Shown piece after piece: positions 1 through 9,377 of a stretch of 64,000 nucleotides of DNA; position 1 is the stretch's first letter, and the number at the start of each line of letters is the position of its first letter. The stretch comes from Patescibacteria group bacterium. GTDB lineage: Bacteria; Patescibacteriota; UBA1384; GWA2-35-9; JBASTP01. The notes below the pieces were generated by a model. It had not been told where the DNA came from, did no database searches, and saw only the letters and a list, made by a program, of their open reading frames with translations. The stretch covers positions 1,125-65,124 of the forward strand of contig JBASTP010000002.1 of the NCBI GenBank assembly GCA_049274945.1, written 5' to 3'. Both the position numbers and the translations under genes were made by a program.

Positions 1-121
1 GGTAGTAACCGGCGAGCGCCGTGCCGCCCGTGAGATAGAACCGCCCAGCAAGCTCGCTGTCTTGAGCTACGGCAGTAATAAACCTGCGCTGGAGGACGGT
101 CAACGACGCTTTTTTTGCCAT
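1..121 (-). CDS. N-terminal part of a nucleotidyltransferase, AbiEii/DUF1814-like (abortive-infection / type IV TA toxin family); gene continues beyond window start
   Basis: Hand translation of minus strand from ATG at 121..119 gives MAKKASLTVLQRRFITAVAQDSELAGRFYLTGGTALAGYY; the FYLTGGTAL motif is typical of the AbiEii N-terminus. Confidence 0.5.
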   Translation of the reverse strand, partial: MAKKASLTVLQRRFITAVAQDSELAGRFYLTGGTALAGYY

Positions 122-309
122 AGCAAATCCTTAAGCAGGGCGCGGCGCTGCGGGCTGATTTTCAATTCCGCCCAGTACCGTTTTAATTCTTTGGCGCTGA
201 TCCGGTCGCCTCGATCGAGCCCATAGTTAATCAGGCGCTCAAGTCGCCACTTCCGGTACGCTGGAGAGCGTTTTCGAACTTTCGCGAGATTGTAATCCCA
301 AACTTTCAT
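100..309 (-). CDS. small basic hypothetical protein (69 aa) overlapping start of downstream AbiEii-like gene by 22 nt; possible cognate partner
   Basis: ORF track; overlap geometry typical of two-gene toxin/antitoxin modules; no recognised motif. Confidence 0.4.
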   Translation of the reverse strand: MKVWDYNLAKVRKRSPAYRKWRLERLINYGLDRGDRISAKELKRYWAELKISPQRRALLKDLLWQKKRR

Positions 310-396
310 GGCACTAGTATATCAAAAAAGGGCGTGCCATGCGGCTGCCCCTGGAGTAGTTGCGGTGGAGTAGTTACGGAGATGGAAAACGCAACT

Positions 397-900
397 TTAT
401 TTCACGTTGAACGTCACCGGAAACTTTTCGCCGAAGCGCTTGAACCAAAGGTGGCCTTCGCTCACCACCTGGACGAGCTGCACAGCAAAACGATACTCGC
501 CGCGCTTCATGTCTGGTGGAATGGTAATGGAGAAGGCAAACTCTGCCTGCTCGTCCCGTGCCACCAGCGCGCCGAATTGAGGCGGTTGGTTTCTGAACAC
601 TCGGCCCTCGATAGTGGGCCAGTCCGGAAGCGACCGGACTATAAACGGCACTCCCACCGGCGGGCTGCCTGGTTGAAAAAACAACAGGAATACGTTTTCG
701 CCCCAGGCTTGAATGTTGGTATTCTTAACCACCGCACTCGCATTGTAGGAGGAGCCGCGACGGACTGTTTTGGGCAGCGCCGTCTTTACAAATGCGCTGT
801 CCAACGTCTTGGACGCCGATTGAGCGGCAAAGTAATCCTTGGCAAGCAATAAACCGCCAACCAGCAAAAATATCATATACAGCCACAAAATTGGTTTCAT
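397..900 (-). CDS. secreted/membrane-anchored hypothetical protein (167 aa)
   Basis: N-terminal hydrophobic signal (MKPILWLYMIFLLVGGLLLA); preferred over overlapping antisense ORF 334..852. Confidence 0.5.
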   Translation of the reverse strand: MKPILWLYMIFLLVGGLLLAKDYFAAQSASKTLDSAFVKTALPKTVRRGSSYNASAVVKNTNIQAWGENVFLLFFQPGSPPVGVPFIVRSLPDWPTIEGRVFRNQPPQFGALVARDEQAEFAFSITIPPDMKRGEYRFAVQLVQVVSEGHLWFKRFGEKFPVTFNVK

Positions 901-1002
901 AACGCCCGCATCCTTTCAATTTTTCAGGAGTTTCGTTGCTATTTTAGTCCTTATAGCAATCCTTGTCAATGTTCGTATTTTGTTCACTATTGAGTGTGCA
1001 AT

Positions 1003-1030
1003 CTATATCCACTCTGGGAGTGGAGTATAG
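1003..1030. repeat. REP-like palindromic hairpin copy (ctatatccactctgggagtggagtatag)
   Basis: Near-perfect 28-bp palindrome; same family as 11009..11037, 11756..11776, 31278..31300. Confidence 0.7.
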
Positions 1031-1066
1031 ATTGTTATTTACTGTGAGGTGATATAATTACCACGA

Positions 1067-2374
1067 ATGGCAGACCTTTTTGACCAACAACTCGAACAAA
1101 ACCGCAGCCGAATAGCACCCCTGGCCGACCGCATGCGCCCCCAGACGTTCGAGGAGTTTGTGGGCCAAGAACACATCGTTGAGCCACTTAAAAACTTGGT
1201 CCACTCGGAGAAACTCCAGTCGCTTATTCTCTGGGGACCCCCGGGTTCCGGCAAAACCACCTTAGCCCGACTCATTGCCAAATACACCAAGGCATTCTTT
1301 GTGGAGTTTTCGGCCGTCACCGCCGGAGTAGGGGAGGTACGCAAAATCTGCCAAGAAGCCGCTGATCGCATTAAATACTCGAGCCGCCGCACCATCCTCT
1401 TTGTCGACGAGATCCACCGCTTCAACAAAGCCCAGCAGGACGCCTTTTTACCCTTTGTGGAAAATGGCACGATTATCCTGATCGGCGCCACCACCGAAAA
1501 CCCGGGATTCGAGGTCAACGCGCCGCTCCTTTCGCGGGCGCAACTTTTGGTACTTAACCAACTGACCGATGAACAAATCCGCAAAATCCTCGAAACCGTG
1601 ATCGCCAAAGCCTACCCCGATGTATTGTTCGATGTAAAAGCGCTCGATTTTATGGCGCTCCAATCAAACGGCGACGGCAGGACTGCGCTCAACGCCCTGG
1701 AAAACGCGGTGAACCTGGCTGGCCCGAACAAGCGGGTAACCGTGGAGCACGTTGCCCAGGCAATCCAGAAAAAAGCCGCGCTCTACGACAAGAAAGGCGA
1801 CCAGCACTACGACGTGATTTCGGCGTTCATAAAGTCGCTGCGTGGCTCGGACCCCGACGCCAGCCTCTACTATATGGCCCGCATGATCCGCAGCGGCGAA
1901 GACCCCAAGTTTATCTGCCGGCGCATGGTGATTTTGGCGTCAGAGGATGTCGGCAACGCCGATCCCCAGGCGCTCATCCTCGCCACAAACTGCATGCAAG
2001 CGGTGCATATGGTAGGCATGCCCGAAGCCGCGCTCATTATGGCCCAGGCAGCAACCTATTTAGCCACCTGCCCCAAAAGTAACGCCAGCTACGAAGCGAT
2101 CAACAAAGCCCTAACCACCGTGGACGAAGCGCGCGTTGAACCGGTGCCCATTCACCTGCGCAACGCGCCAACCAAGGTGGCCAAGCAGCTGGGCCACGGC
2201 CGCACCTACCAGTACCCCCACACCTTCGGCGGCTACGTGAAGCAGCAATACCTACCCGATAACCTCAAAGACGCCAAGTTCTACATTCCTAAAGACATTG
2301 GTTACGAGAAACAAATTAAGGAGTTTCTCGGGGCAATTAAGAAAAAACCAGATGTGATACCATTGACACGCTAA
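1067..2374 (+). CDS. rarA: replication-associated recombination protein A (AAA+ ATPase, RarA/MgsA)
   Basis: Walker A GPPGSGKTTLA, DEIHRFNK, characteristic RarA C-terminal region. Confidence 0.92.
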   Translation: MADLFDQQLEQNRSRIAPLADRMRPQTFEEFVGQEHIVEPLKNLVHSEKLQSLILWGPPGSGKTTLARLIAKYTKAFFVEFSAVTAGVGEVRKICQEAADRIKYSSRRTILFVDEIHRFNKAQQDAFLPFVENGTIILIGATTENPGFEVNAPLLSRAQLLVLNQLTDEQIRKILETVIAKAYPDVLFDVKALDFMALQSNGDGRTALNALENAVNLAGPNKRVTVEHVAQAIQKKAALYDKKGDQHYDVISAFIKSLRGSDPDASLYYMARMIRSGEDPKFICRRMVILASEDVGNADPQALILATNCMQAVHMVGMPEAALIMAQAATYLATCPKSNASYEAINKALTTVDEARVEPVPIHLRNAPTKVAKQLGHGRTYQYPHTFGGYVKQQYLPDNLKDAKFYIPKDIGYEKQIKEFLGAIKKKPDVIPLTR

Positions 2375-2456
2375 AAGTGTCGACAGCTCAGCTATTGCAA
2401 TATGCGGTACGGTGATATATTTTATTGCTGTACAAACTCTCTGGAGGTGACTGTTC

Positions 2457-3302
2457 GTGAATAAATCGGTCTGGTGTATTATCATCGTGCTGTTTGTCCC
2501 AAGTTGCAGCGGGTTACCAATTCCGCCGCTCCAACCACCGGAACATCTTATCTTTGGCAGGAGTAGCTTCCAATCGGTTTCCGACACTGGGCCAATTGCC
2601 CTCTCAAGCGTAGAGGCTTTTAGGAAACTGGGATTTGTCGGGGTCTTCCGGATTGCCATCCAAGGTAGTGCCACATTTTCCGGGAACGTCTCGATTAAGC
2701 ACCGCGCCCAGCGCAGTGATACTGGCGAGTGGAGTACAACTCATTTTCAAACCTTATCGGTTAGCTCATCCACTGGACACGCAATCAATTTCCCAACCGA
2801 GAGAACTGTTCACCCACTGTTCCTTATCCGCCATGAGTTTATCTGCGAGTTCCCTAGTAAAGGTGGTATTGTTGTAGTGGCCACACGGGGTGGCGCGTTG
2901 GTGAAGTTTCTGGACCAACAACCGACCGAGGATTTCTCCGTTGCCATCAGTTTTGCAGAACCAAATGAAATCGAAAAAAAAGCGAAGCAATCGACATTCG
3001 TCACCTCATGGGTAAGTCAAGGAATTGACGAAACAATGGGTAAAACCAAGGAATATACTGCAGCAACTGACTTCCTTCGCGAAGCCGGCGATCAGCTCTG
3101 GATTTGTCGTAGGCAGGGAAAACTTGAATTTTTTTGCCAACTCTTCTCACCGAAACCAGAAGAAGAACCAGAGCTCTCCGTACAATCATTGATCAAAATG
3201 ACCATCAAGCGAGTTGATCCGCTAGAAAAAGACAAAAAAGCAGCTCCTTCGGGAATCGCTATCGCATCAGACAAAACAGCCGATGAAACAATCAATTATT
3301 AG
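2457..3302 (+). CDS. hypothetical secreted protein (281 aa)
   Basis: N-terminal signal peptide MNKSVWCIIIVLFVPSCSG; no known motif. Confidence 0.5.
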   Translation: MNKSVWCIIIVLFVPSCSGLPIPPLQPPEHLIFGRSSFQSVSDTGPIALSSVEAFRKLGFVGVFRIAIQGSATFSGNVSIKHRAQRSDTGEWSTTHFQTLSVSSSTGHAINFPTERTVHPLFLIRHEFICEFPSKGGIVVVATRGGALVKFLDQQPTEDFSVAISFAEPNEIEKKAKQSTFVTSWVSQGIDETMGKTKEYTAATDFLREAGDQLWICRRQGKLEFFCQLFSPKPEEEPELSVQSLIKMTIKRVDPLEKDKKAAPSGIAIASDKTADETINY

Positions 3303-3378
3303 GAACCAAACTGATCAGTGCCGCTCGTTACTCCAGGCGGCGCTTTTTCGTTGATCCTGTTTTTGCTACCATAAATCC

Positions 3379-3804
3379 ATGCCCCGCGACAACCAATGGC
3401 TGGCCGAGCGGCTTGAGACAATCTGGAAAACCCATTTTGCCGACGTGCCGATCCAAAACCAGGTGATCGTGCGGTTTGGCCGGGGGGCGCGCACGCGCCT
3501 GGGCTCCATCAAGTTTGGCCGACGCATCGTTAATCCGCGTACCTACATCACCATCACCGGCTACTTTCGCAGCGAGTTGGTGCCCGAATACGTAGTTGAT
3601 GGCGTGCTGGCCCACGAGCTTACCCACTATGCCCACGGCTTCCACTCGCCCGGGCAGCAGCTCTATTCCCACCCCCACCGCCGCGGAGTGGTTACTAAGG
3701 AGTTGACGAGAAGGGGATTGGGTGATATTGTAAAAAAGCAGAAACGGTGGCTAAAGGCGCACTGGCAAACGTTTATAAGGAAGGAATACAACCACAGATA
3801 TTAA
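3379..3804 (+). CDS. SprT-like zinc metallopeptidase domain protein
   Basis: HExxH (AHELTHYAH) preceded by TRLGSIKFGRRIVNP, matching the SprT N-terminal domain pattern. Confidence 0.6.
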   Translation: MPRDNQWLAERLETIWKTHFADVPIQNQVIVRFGRGARTRLGSIKFGRRIVNPRTYITITGYFRSELVPEYVVDGVLAHELTHYAHGFHSPGQQLYSHPHRRGVVTKELTRRGLGDIVKKQKRWLKAHWQTFIRKEYNHRY

Positions 3805-3876
3805 ACCACTGATTAACACAGATACGTATTACTAGATCGGTGTTTATCCGTGGATCAGATATCAGTGGTTGTAGAT
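3790..3876. repeat. intergenic ~90 bp CAACCAC(T/A)GAT...ATC(T/A)GTGGTTG palindromic repeat, copy 1
   Basis: caaccacagatattaaaccactgatt...gtttatccgtggatcagatatcagtggttg. Confidence 0.8.
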
Positions 3877-3881
3877 ACATT

Positions 3882-4220
3882 ATGTCGGAGTGCATTTTTT
3901 GCAAAATCATTCGCCAAGAGATTCCGGCCAAAATCGTCTGGGAATCAGATGAAATTCTTGCCTTCGACGACGTGAATCCCCAGGCGCCGGTCCACGTGCT
4001 GATTGTGCCAAAGCAGCACACCGAAACGTATACGGTGTTTCTGGGCAAAACTGCGGCCGAGGTGGCAAAAATAAAGGGAGTAGGGGAGTCTGGCTATCGG
4101 CTGATTGTAAACCAAGGCAGCGATGCCGGCCAAGAAATTGCCCACCTCCACATGCATTTACTCGGCGGCAAAAAACTCGGCCCAATGATCGCTCAAAAGC
4201 TTAACGGCTCAAAGACTTAA
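3882..4220 (+). CDS. HIT family (histidine triad) hydrolase
   Basis: HLHMHLLGG histidine triad; start moved to ATG 3882 (MSECIFCKI). Confidence 0.85.
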   Translation: MSECIFCKIIRQEIPAKIVWESDEILAFDDVNPQAPVHVLIVPKQHTETYTVFLGKTAAEVAKIKGVGESGYRLIVNQGSDAGQEIAHLHMHLLGGKKLGPMIAQKLNGSKT

Positions 4221-4231
4221 TGACTTAATAT

Positions 4232-4483
4232 ATGGATCAACCAAAACTACTCGAAAAACAGGATAACACGCGGTTCGGCTACGATTACAAACGCGACGGC
4301 AGATCAAAACGGCCGGAGAGCTTTGAGGTGATGCTGCGCAAGTTCAACCGAGAGATCCAACAGATCGGGCTGCTTACCGAAGTCAAAAAGCGCAAATATT
4401 TTACTAAAGATATGTCGCGGACGATGCGCCGCCAGATTGCCAAGGTTAAATCAGCCCGGCGCAAAGTGAAACGGGGCTACTAG
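4232..4483 (+). CDS. rpsU: 30S ribosomal protein S21
   Basis: EVMLRKFNREIQQIGLLTEVKKRKYFTKDMSRTMRRQIAKVKSARRK, typical S21. Confidence 0.85.
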   Translation: MDQPKLLEKQDNTRFGYDYKRDGRSKRPESFEVMLRKFNREIQQIGLLTEVKKRKYFTKDMSRTMRRQIAKVKSARRKVKRGY

Positions 4484-4486
4484 GAA

Positions 4487-4930
4487 ATGGCGCTCCTAGA
4501 CACAATCGAGCACGATTTCCAGGAAGCGCTCAAAAATAAGGAAGCGGAGCGGCTTTCGGTTCTGCGATTAATTAAAACTGCCCTCACCAACAAAGAAAAA
4601 GAAAAGGGCGAGGCGCCGAGCGACGAAGCAGTCCTCCAAATTCTCAAACAGGAAGCAAAAAAACGCGATGAAGCCGCCAAGCTCTACGATGAGGCGGGTA
4701 AGACCGAGCTCGCACAAAAAGAGCGGCAGGAGCTAGAAATTATCAAAGTGTATGTACCAGCCGAGCTGCCGGACGAAGCAATCATCAAAGCAATCGAAGA
4801 AGTGAAGGCGACCCTTCGACAGAGCTCAGGGCAAGGCGAGTTCGGCCAGGTAATGGGGCAGGTGATGGCGAAATTGAAAGGCCAGGCAGACGGCTCTCGA
4901 GTGGCAGCATTGGTAAAAAAGTCGCTCTAG
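4487..4930 (+). CDS. GatB/YqeY domain protein
   Basis: Size and sequence pattern of YqeY family (LKNKEAERLSVLRLIKTAL...). Confidence 0.8.
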   Translation: MALLDTIEHDFQEALKNKEAERLSVLRLIKTALTNKEKEKGEAPSDEAVLQILKQEAKKRDEAAKLYDEAGKTELAQKERQELEIIKVYVPAELPDEAIIKAIEEVKATLRQSSGQGEFGQVMGQVMAKLKGQADGSRVAALVKKSL

Positions 4931-4936
4931 CGACCT

Positions 4937-5845
4937 ATGTCCAAAACATTAAAATACGCCCTCTGGCTCTTTGCCGTTATCACGGCGATTAATTTTATTG
5001 TGCTCTTACTCTTCAATCTAGTTGGACGAACCTATGCCTTCCCGGCGTGGGGTAGGCTTGCGCTGATTTTTGGCGGGTCGGCGGTTGCCGGGGCGCTCGT
5101 TACGATACTGGTGATTTCAACCGCGCCGGTGCTCCGCGATTTTCTGGCCACCTTCCGGCGGCTACTGCGCCTGGACTCGCTAACCCACCCGCTCCTTGTC
5201 CGACTTTCTCAGGAAGCGCCCTCCACCTACCACCATGCCTTGATGGTCGCCAACTTTGCCCACCGCGCTACGAAAGTGATCGGGGGTGATCCGCTGCTTG
5301 TGAGAATCGGCGCCTACTACCACGACATCGGCAAGCTCGGCCACCCGGCCGCCTACATCGAGAATCAACGGGGTGAAGTTATGAAACGTAACGATACGAA
5401 CCCTAAAAAAATGGCCCGCGTAATCGTTAACCACGTTAAACATGGCATGAAGTTGGCCAAAGAGTACAATTTCCCCGACGAAGTTGCCGCGTTTATTCCC
5501 CAACACCACGGCACCTCGCTGGCGCGCTTTTTCTACCAGAAAGCGCTCGACTCAGGATACAAAGTGCGTACGCAAGATTTCCGATACCCGGGGCCTAAAC
5601 CGCTCTCTAAAGAAGCCGGTATCCTGATGCTGGCCGACGGTGTGGAGGCTAAAATCCGCTCGCTCACCATCCATACTGAAACGGCGATCGAAGCAGCAAT
5701 CGATTCAATTTTTAAAGAAAAACTCGACGACAACCAACTTGAGCTCTCCGGGCTCACCGACACCGATCTCAAAAAAATCCGCCGCTCGTTTATCGAGTCG
5801 GCGAAGATCTTTTCCCACCGCAGAATCAAGTACCCGAAGGGCTAA
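4937..5845 (+). CDS. membrane-anchored HD/HDIG domain phosphohydrolase
   Basis: N-terminal TM helices then HHALMVANFAH...YHDIGK HD motif. Confidence 0.8.
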   Translation: MSKTLKYALWLFAVITAINFIVLLLFNLVGRTYAFPAWGRLALIFGGSAVAGALVTILVISTAPVLRDFLATFRRLLRLDSLTHPLLVRLSQEAPSTYHHALMVANFAHRATKVIGGDPLLVRIGAYYHDIGKLGHPAAYIENQRGEVMKRNDTNPKKMARVIVNHVKHGMKLAKEYNFPDEVAAFIPQHHGTSLARFFYQKALDSGYKVRTQDFRYPGPKPLSKEAGILMLADGVEAKIRSLTIHTETAIEAAIDSIFKEKLDDNQLELSGLTDTDLKKIRRSFIESAKIFSHRRIKYPKG

Positions 5846-5911
5846 ATAACAGGTTTGCATAAAAAAAAGCACGTACCATGCGGTACGTGCTGGCTGCACC
5901 TGTTAAGGTGC

Positions 5912-6757
5912 TTAGGTCCCGGGCTGTTCGCCCTGAGTTTCTACGGTGAGCCCTTTTGGGGCTTGAACAGGAAAGTGGAGTGTCTCGGGCCGAGCGAAGT
6001 CAAGGACCTGCCCTCGTTTCAGAAAACCCCTGAAACCATCCTCGCGCGCGTTCGGCAGTGGCCCTTCATTGAAGTGGTAGAGCCACAGCCTTGCCCGAAT
6101 CTCATCGGGGAGCGTCAGAAGCTGGCTGTAGTGGGCATGGACCCCAGACATGAACTTCGCGGTTTCAGCATCGTGGAACACGATGTCAGCTTGCCTATAG
6201 AAGTCCATAATCTGGTTCGGGGCAAACTGCGTATCACAAGTAAAGTAGATGCGCAGCTTGTCAGTTTCGAACACCAGGCCGTAGCAGGGCATCAGCTCGA
6301 ACCCGTCCATGACATGAATTGCCTGAACCGGCTGGAACTGAACACCCGCCCATTCGAAGGCCTTGTTCGGGCCGATTGGACGAACGTCGAAGTATGTCTC
6401 CAACGTCGTCCGTTTCTGCTGGATCGAGCGCATCGCGCCCGACAAGCCATTTTCCCAGAGAACATCGAGTACCTTCTGGGAAGCATACAGGCGCGGCTTC
6501 GGTAGCCTCGCAAAATACGTCGCGAATCCCAGATATTCGAGCCCCTGGTCGTGATCGCCGTGGGTATGACTCAAGTAGATGTCGGTAATGTCAGCCGGCT
6601 TCAGGCCGGCCTTGCGCATCGAGAAACGGATGTCAGAACCCGCATCGATGAGCAAACGGTGTCCGTTTTGGATCAGCATGAAGTTGGACTGAAAATTTTC
6701 TCCAACTCGCTTTCCAATGTAAAACGCGCTGCCGGAGCCTAACACGAGCATTTTCAT
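5912..6757 (-). CDS. MBL-fold metallo-hydrolase (RNase Z-like)
   Basis: HTHGDHDQG motif; start set at MKMLVLGSG with AAGGAA RBS (longer ORF to 6814 possible). Confidence 0.8.
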   Translation of the reverse strand: MKMLVLGSGSAFYIGKRVGENFQSNFMLIQNGHRLLIDAGSDIRFSMRKAGLKPADITDIYLSHTHGDHDQGLEYLGFATYFARLPKPRLYASQKVLDVLWENGLSGAMRSIQQKRTTLETYFDVRPIGPNKAFEWAGVQFQPVQAIHVMDGFELMPCYGLVFETDKLRIYFTCDTQFAPNQIMDFYRQADIVFHDAETAKFMSGVHAHYSQLLTLPDEIRARLWLYHFNEGPLPNAREDGFRGFLKRGQVLDFARPETLHFPVQAPKGLTVETQGEQPGT

Positions 6758-6835
6758 TGTTAACGTTCCTTTTTTTGATTTTCGAGCCATGAAAGTATAC
6801 CATATCCCACCCAAAAAGTCAATACTAGAAAAGGG

Positions 6836-7750
6836 CTATCCCAAACGCCCGTAGAGCAACTTGAGCCAGAGCACTATTTTTTGGCTAATGGTGAATGGCC
6901 GCGGCGTGTTGCAAACTTGATTCAACGCCTCGAGGTCGGCCTGTAGTAGGTGAGTGCTGTCGGTAATCTGCGGATTCATCAGTGCATCGGCTTGCTCAAG
7001 ATGACCAATACCCAACGCGTGGCCCAGCTCGTGGGCAATCGTCAGCTCAAGCTCGGCGCGGCTCGCAAATTGGTAAATGGTGATCGAGGCCTCGAGCGGC
7101 GAATAGAGCCCTGCCTCGGGCTTCACGGTAAGCGTTTCGTTAAACTCACCGGTAATCTTATTGAACTCGCCAACGCGCAGGTTGAGTTTTTTGGCCAGCG
7201 CGTTAATTTGTTCAACCAGACTATTAATCTCATCAACCATGGCATTCAATTGCCGGCCTTCCTCGCGCAGCCGCTCATACTCAGCGGACGGCGCGCCGCC
7301 CTGGGCATTCCAGTACGCCACGTCCTCGTGGTATTTTTTGAGCTGGGATTGAAATTGCCCGGTGAGTGCCTCGTGCTTGGCCACCAAGGCATTGTAGGAT
7401 TTTTTACCCTGCTCAATATTGCCCTCAATGCCTTCGGCCTGCTGGGTGAGCTGCTGGCGCTCGTCAAATACCAGATTAATGGCAATGCCCTGCGATTCAT
7501 CGAACGCGAACAAATCCCTGCCGCTGGGCTTTTCCCAAATGGTCTCGGCGGAAAGGGCAGCCCGCTTGAGTTCGTTCGGGCTTACGTTGAACCTCTTATC
7601 AATCTGACCAGTGGTATAGCTAATCGGTCTGCGGCAGGAATAAATAAGCGCCTCGAGATCATCGGACACCTTCGGCAGCTGGGGCGCTACCGCCGCACCG
7701 ATACCCAGCACAACCACGAGCCCTAGCAAAACTCGAACTCGCATAGACAC
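6836..7750 (-). CDS. secreted metzincin/matrixin-like zinc metalloprotease with coiled-coil region
   Basis: Signal peptide; HELGHALGIGH (HExxHxxGxxH) near C-terminus. Confidence 0.7.
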   Translation of the reverse strand: MSMRVRVLLGLVVVLGIGAAVAPQLPKVSDDLEALIYSCRRPISYTTGQIDKRFNVSPNELKRAALSAETIWEKPSGRDLFAFDESQGIAINLVFDERQQLTQQAEGIEGNIEQGKKSYNALVAKHEALTGQFQSQLKKYHEDVAYWNAQGGAPSAEYERLREEGRQLNAMVDEINSLVEQINALAKKLNLRVGEFNKITGEFNETLTVKPEAGLYSPLEASITIYQFASRAELELTIAHELGHALGIGHLEQADALMNPQITDSTHLLQADLEALNQVCNTPRPFTISQKIVLWLKLLYGRLG

Positions 7751-7781
7751 ATTATAATTGAGCTGCTACACTAAAGACACG

Positions 7782-9035
7782 ATGCCCAAGCTCAATCCTG
7801 TGGTTGGTCTTGATATTGGTTCAAGCAAAATTGCTGTGGTAGTCGGTCAGATCTCGGAGGGTTTGATCAATGTTGTCGGCGCCGCCAAAGTGCCCTCGGC
7901 CGGCGTGCGCCGCGGCGCGGTGGTGGATATTGAAGATTGCGTTTCGTCGATTTCCGCAGCACTCGAAGAAGCCGAACGCATGGCCGGCTTTCCGCTCGAG
8001 ACTGCCTGGGTTTCGATTGCCGGATCGGGCGTAACGATCACCACGAGCAAGGGGGTGATCGCCGTGTCGCGCGCCGACGGCGAAATTGCCGAGCAAGACG
8101 TCGAACGGGTAATCGAAGCGGCGCGCGCGGTGGCCTTGCCGCCTAACCGCGAAATCCTCCACGTGATTCCGCGGATGTTCCTCGTTGACGGCCAAGAGGG
8201 GATTAAGGACCCGGTGGGGATGAGCGGCATTCGCCTGGAAACCGACACCCTAGTGGTCGGCGGCCAAGTTTCCGCGATTCGCAACTTAAGCAAGTGCATT
8301 TTCCAGGCCGGGCTCACCATTGAAAACATGGTCTTTACGCCGCTTGCCACGGCCCGCGCCCTGCTCACTAAAAAACAGAAAGAAACCGGCGTCGTGCTGC
8401 TTGATTTTGGCGCCGGCACCACCCAGATGGCAGTGTTCGAGGAGGGCGAGCTTGCCCACGCCGCCGTGCTGCCGGTGGGCTCGGGGCATATTACTAACGA
8501 CCTTGCCATTGGGTTCCGCACCTCGCTCGAAGTGGCAGAAGCCCTCAAAACTAAGTTTGGCGCCGCGATTCCCGACCAAGTGCGCGAAACCGAATCAATT
8601 GATCTTTCGAAACTCGATCCGGAACTGCGCGAGCGAATCAAGCGGCGTGAGGTGGCGGAAATTATCGAGGCGCGGCTCAAAGAAACCTTTGCGATGATCC
8701 GCGAGCAGCTCAAGGGCATCGGCAAAGACGGCATGCTGCCGGCGGGTGTGGTGCTAACCGGCGGCGGCAGCCAGCTCGAGGGCCTGATCGATGCCTGTAA
8801 AATCGAACTCCACCTGCCGGCCTCGGGCAGCCACCAAATGCTCGAAATCTCGGGCATGGTAGACAAAGTGGATTCGCCAGTCTACGCTGCCGCAGTGGGC
8901 CTGATGCTCATGGGCATGGAGGCCACCGAACCGGCCAAGGAAGCGCTGCCCAAACTCAACATAAATCTGAGGCAGCTCAATGTCGGTGGTATGTTCGATC
9001 AAGCCAAAAAAATATTTAAGCAAATGCTGCCGTAG
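7782..9035 (+). CDS. ftsA: cell division protein FtsA
   Basis: VGLDIGSSKIAVVVG actin-fold N-terminus; ORF-track start is TTG, ATG 7782 used. Confidence 0.9.
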   Translation: MPKLNPVVGLDIGSSKIAVVVGQISEGLINVVGAAKVPSAGVRRGAVVDIEDCVSSISAALEEAERMAGFPLETAWVSIAGSGVTITTSKGVIAVSRADGEIAEQDVERVIEAARAVALPPNREILHVIPRMFLVDGQEGIKDPVGMSGIRLETDTLVVGGQVSAIRNLSKCIFQAGLTIENMVFTPLATARALLTKKQKETGVVLLDFGAGTTQMAVFEEGELAHAAVLPVGSGHITNDLAIGFRTSLEVAEALKTKFGAAIPDQVRETESIDLSKLDPELRERIKRREVAEIIEARLKETFAMIREQLKGIGKDGMLPAGVVLTGGGSQLEGLIDACKIELHLPASGSHQMLEISGMVDKVDSPVYAAAVGLMLMGMEATEPAKEALPKLNINLRQLNVGGMFDQAKKIFKQMLP

Positions 9036-9045
9036 TGATTTTTTG

Positions 9046-9215
9046 GGAGTGGCGAGAGGTACCAGCCGAGGGCGGGTTGCTAGCGCCACAGGAAGGGAGC
9101 ATCCAGCAGCGAACGAAGTGAGCTCTCTAGGAGCGACCGCTCATGCCCCGCGGAGCGGGGTCCGAAGGATAGAGCGCACGCCCCGAGGCGGCACCCGAGC
9201 CAGGACCCGGATAAC
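9046..9215. repeat. GC-rich modular repeat family, copy A (core gttgctagcgccacaggaag ... atagagcgcacgccccgaggcggcacccgagccaggacccgg)
   Basis: Shares 20-mer and ~40-mer blocks with 22195..22340 and 40262..40400. Confidence 0.65.
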
Positions 9216-9377
9216 ACAAACGGAAAGCGAACACCCACTTGACCCCGCTTCGCTAACGCTCCGGCGGGATCTTCGGCCTTCCCTATAAAACCAGATGAAC
9301 TTGGGAAGGCCTTGACAAACCTATAGCCATGTATCATAAACAAAGTAGAAGTCATGAGAGAGGGGAAAGGAAGACTA

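Noticed and set aside
334-852. 172-aa plus-strand ORF
   Set aside because: Fully antisense to the signal-peptide-bearing ORF 397..900. No RBS and Cys/His/Arg-rich shadow composition.
7847-8866. 339-aa minus-strand ORF
   Set aside because: Antisense shadow of ftsA with a Ser/Arg/Ala-rich GC-frame artefact.
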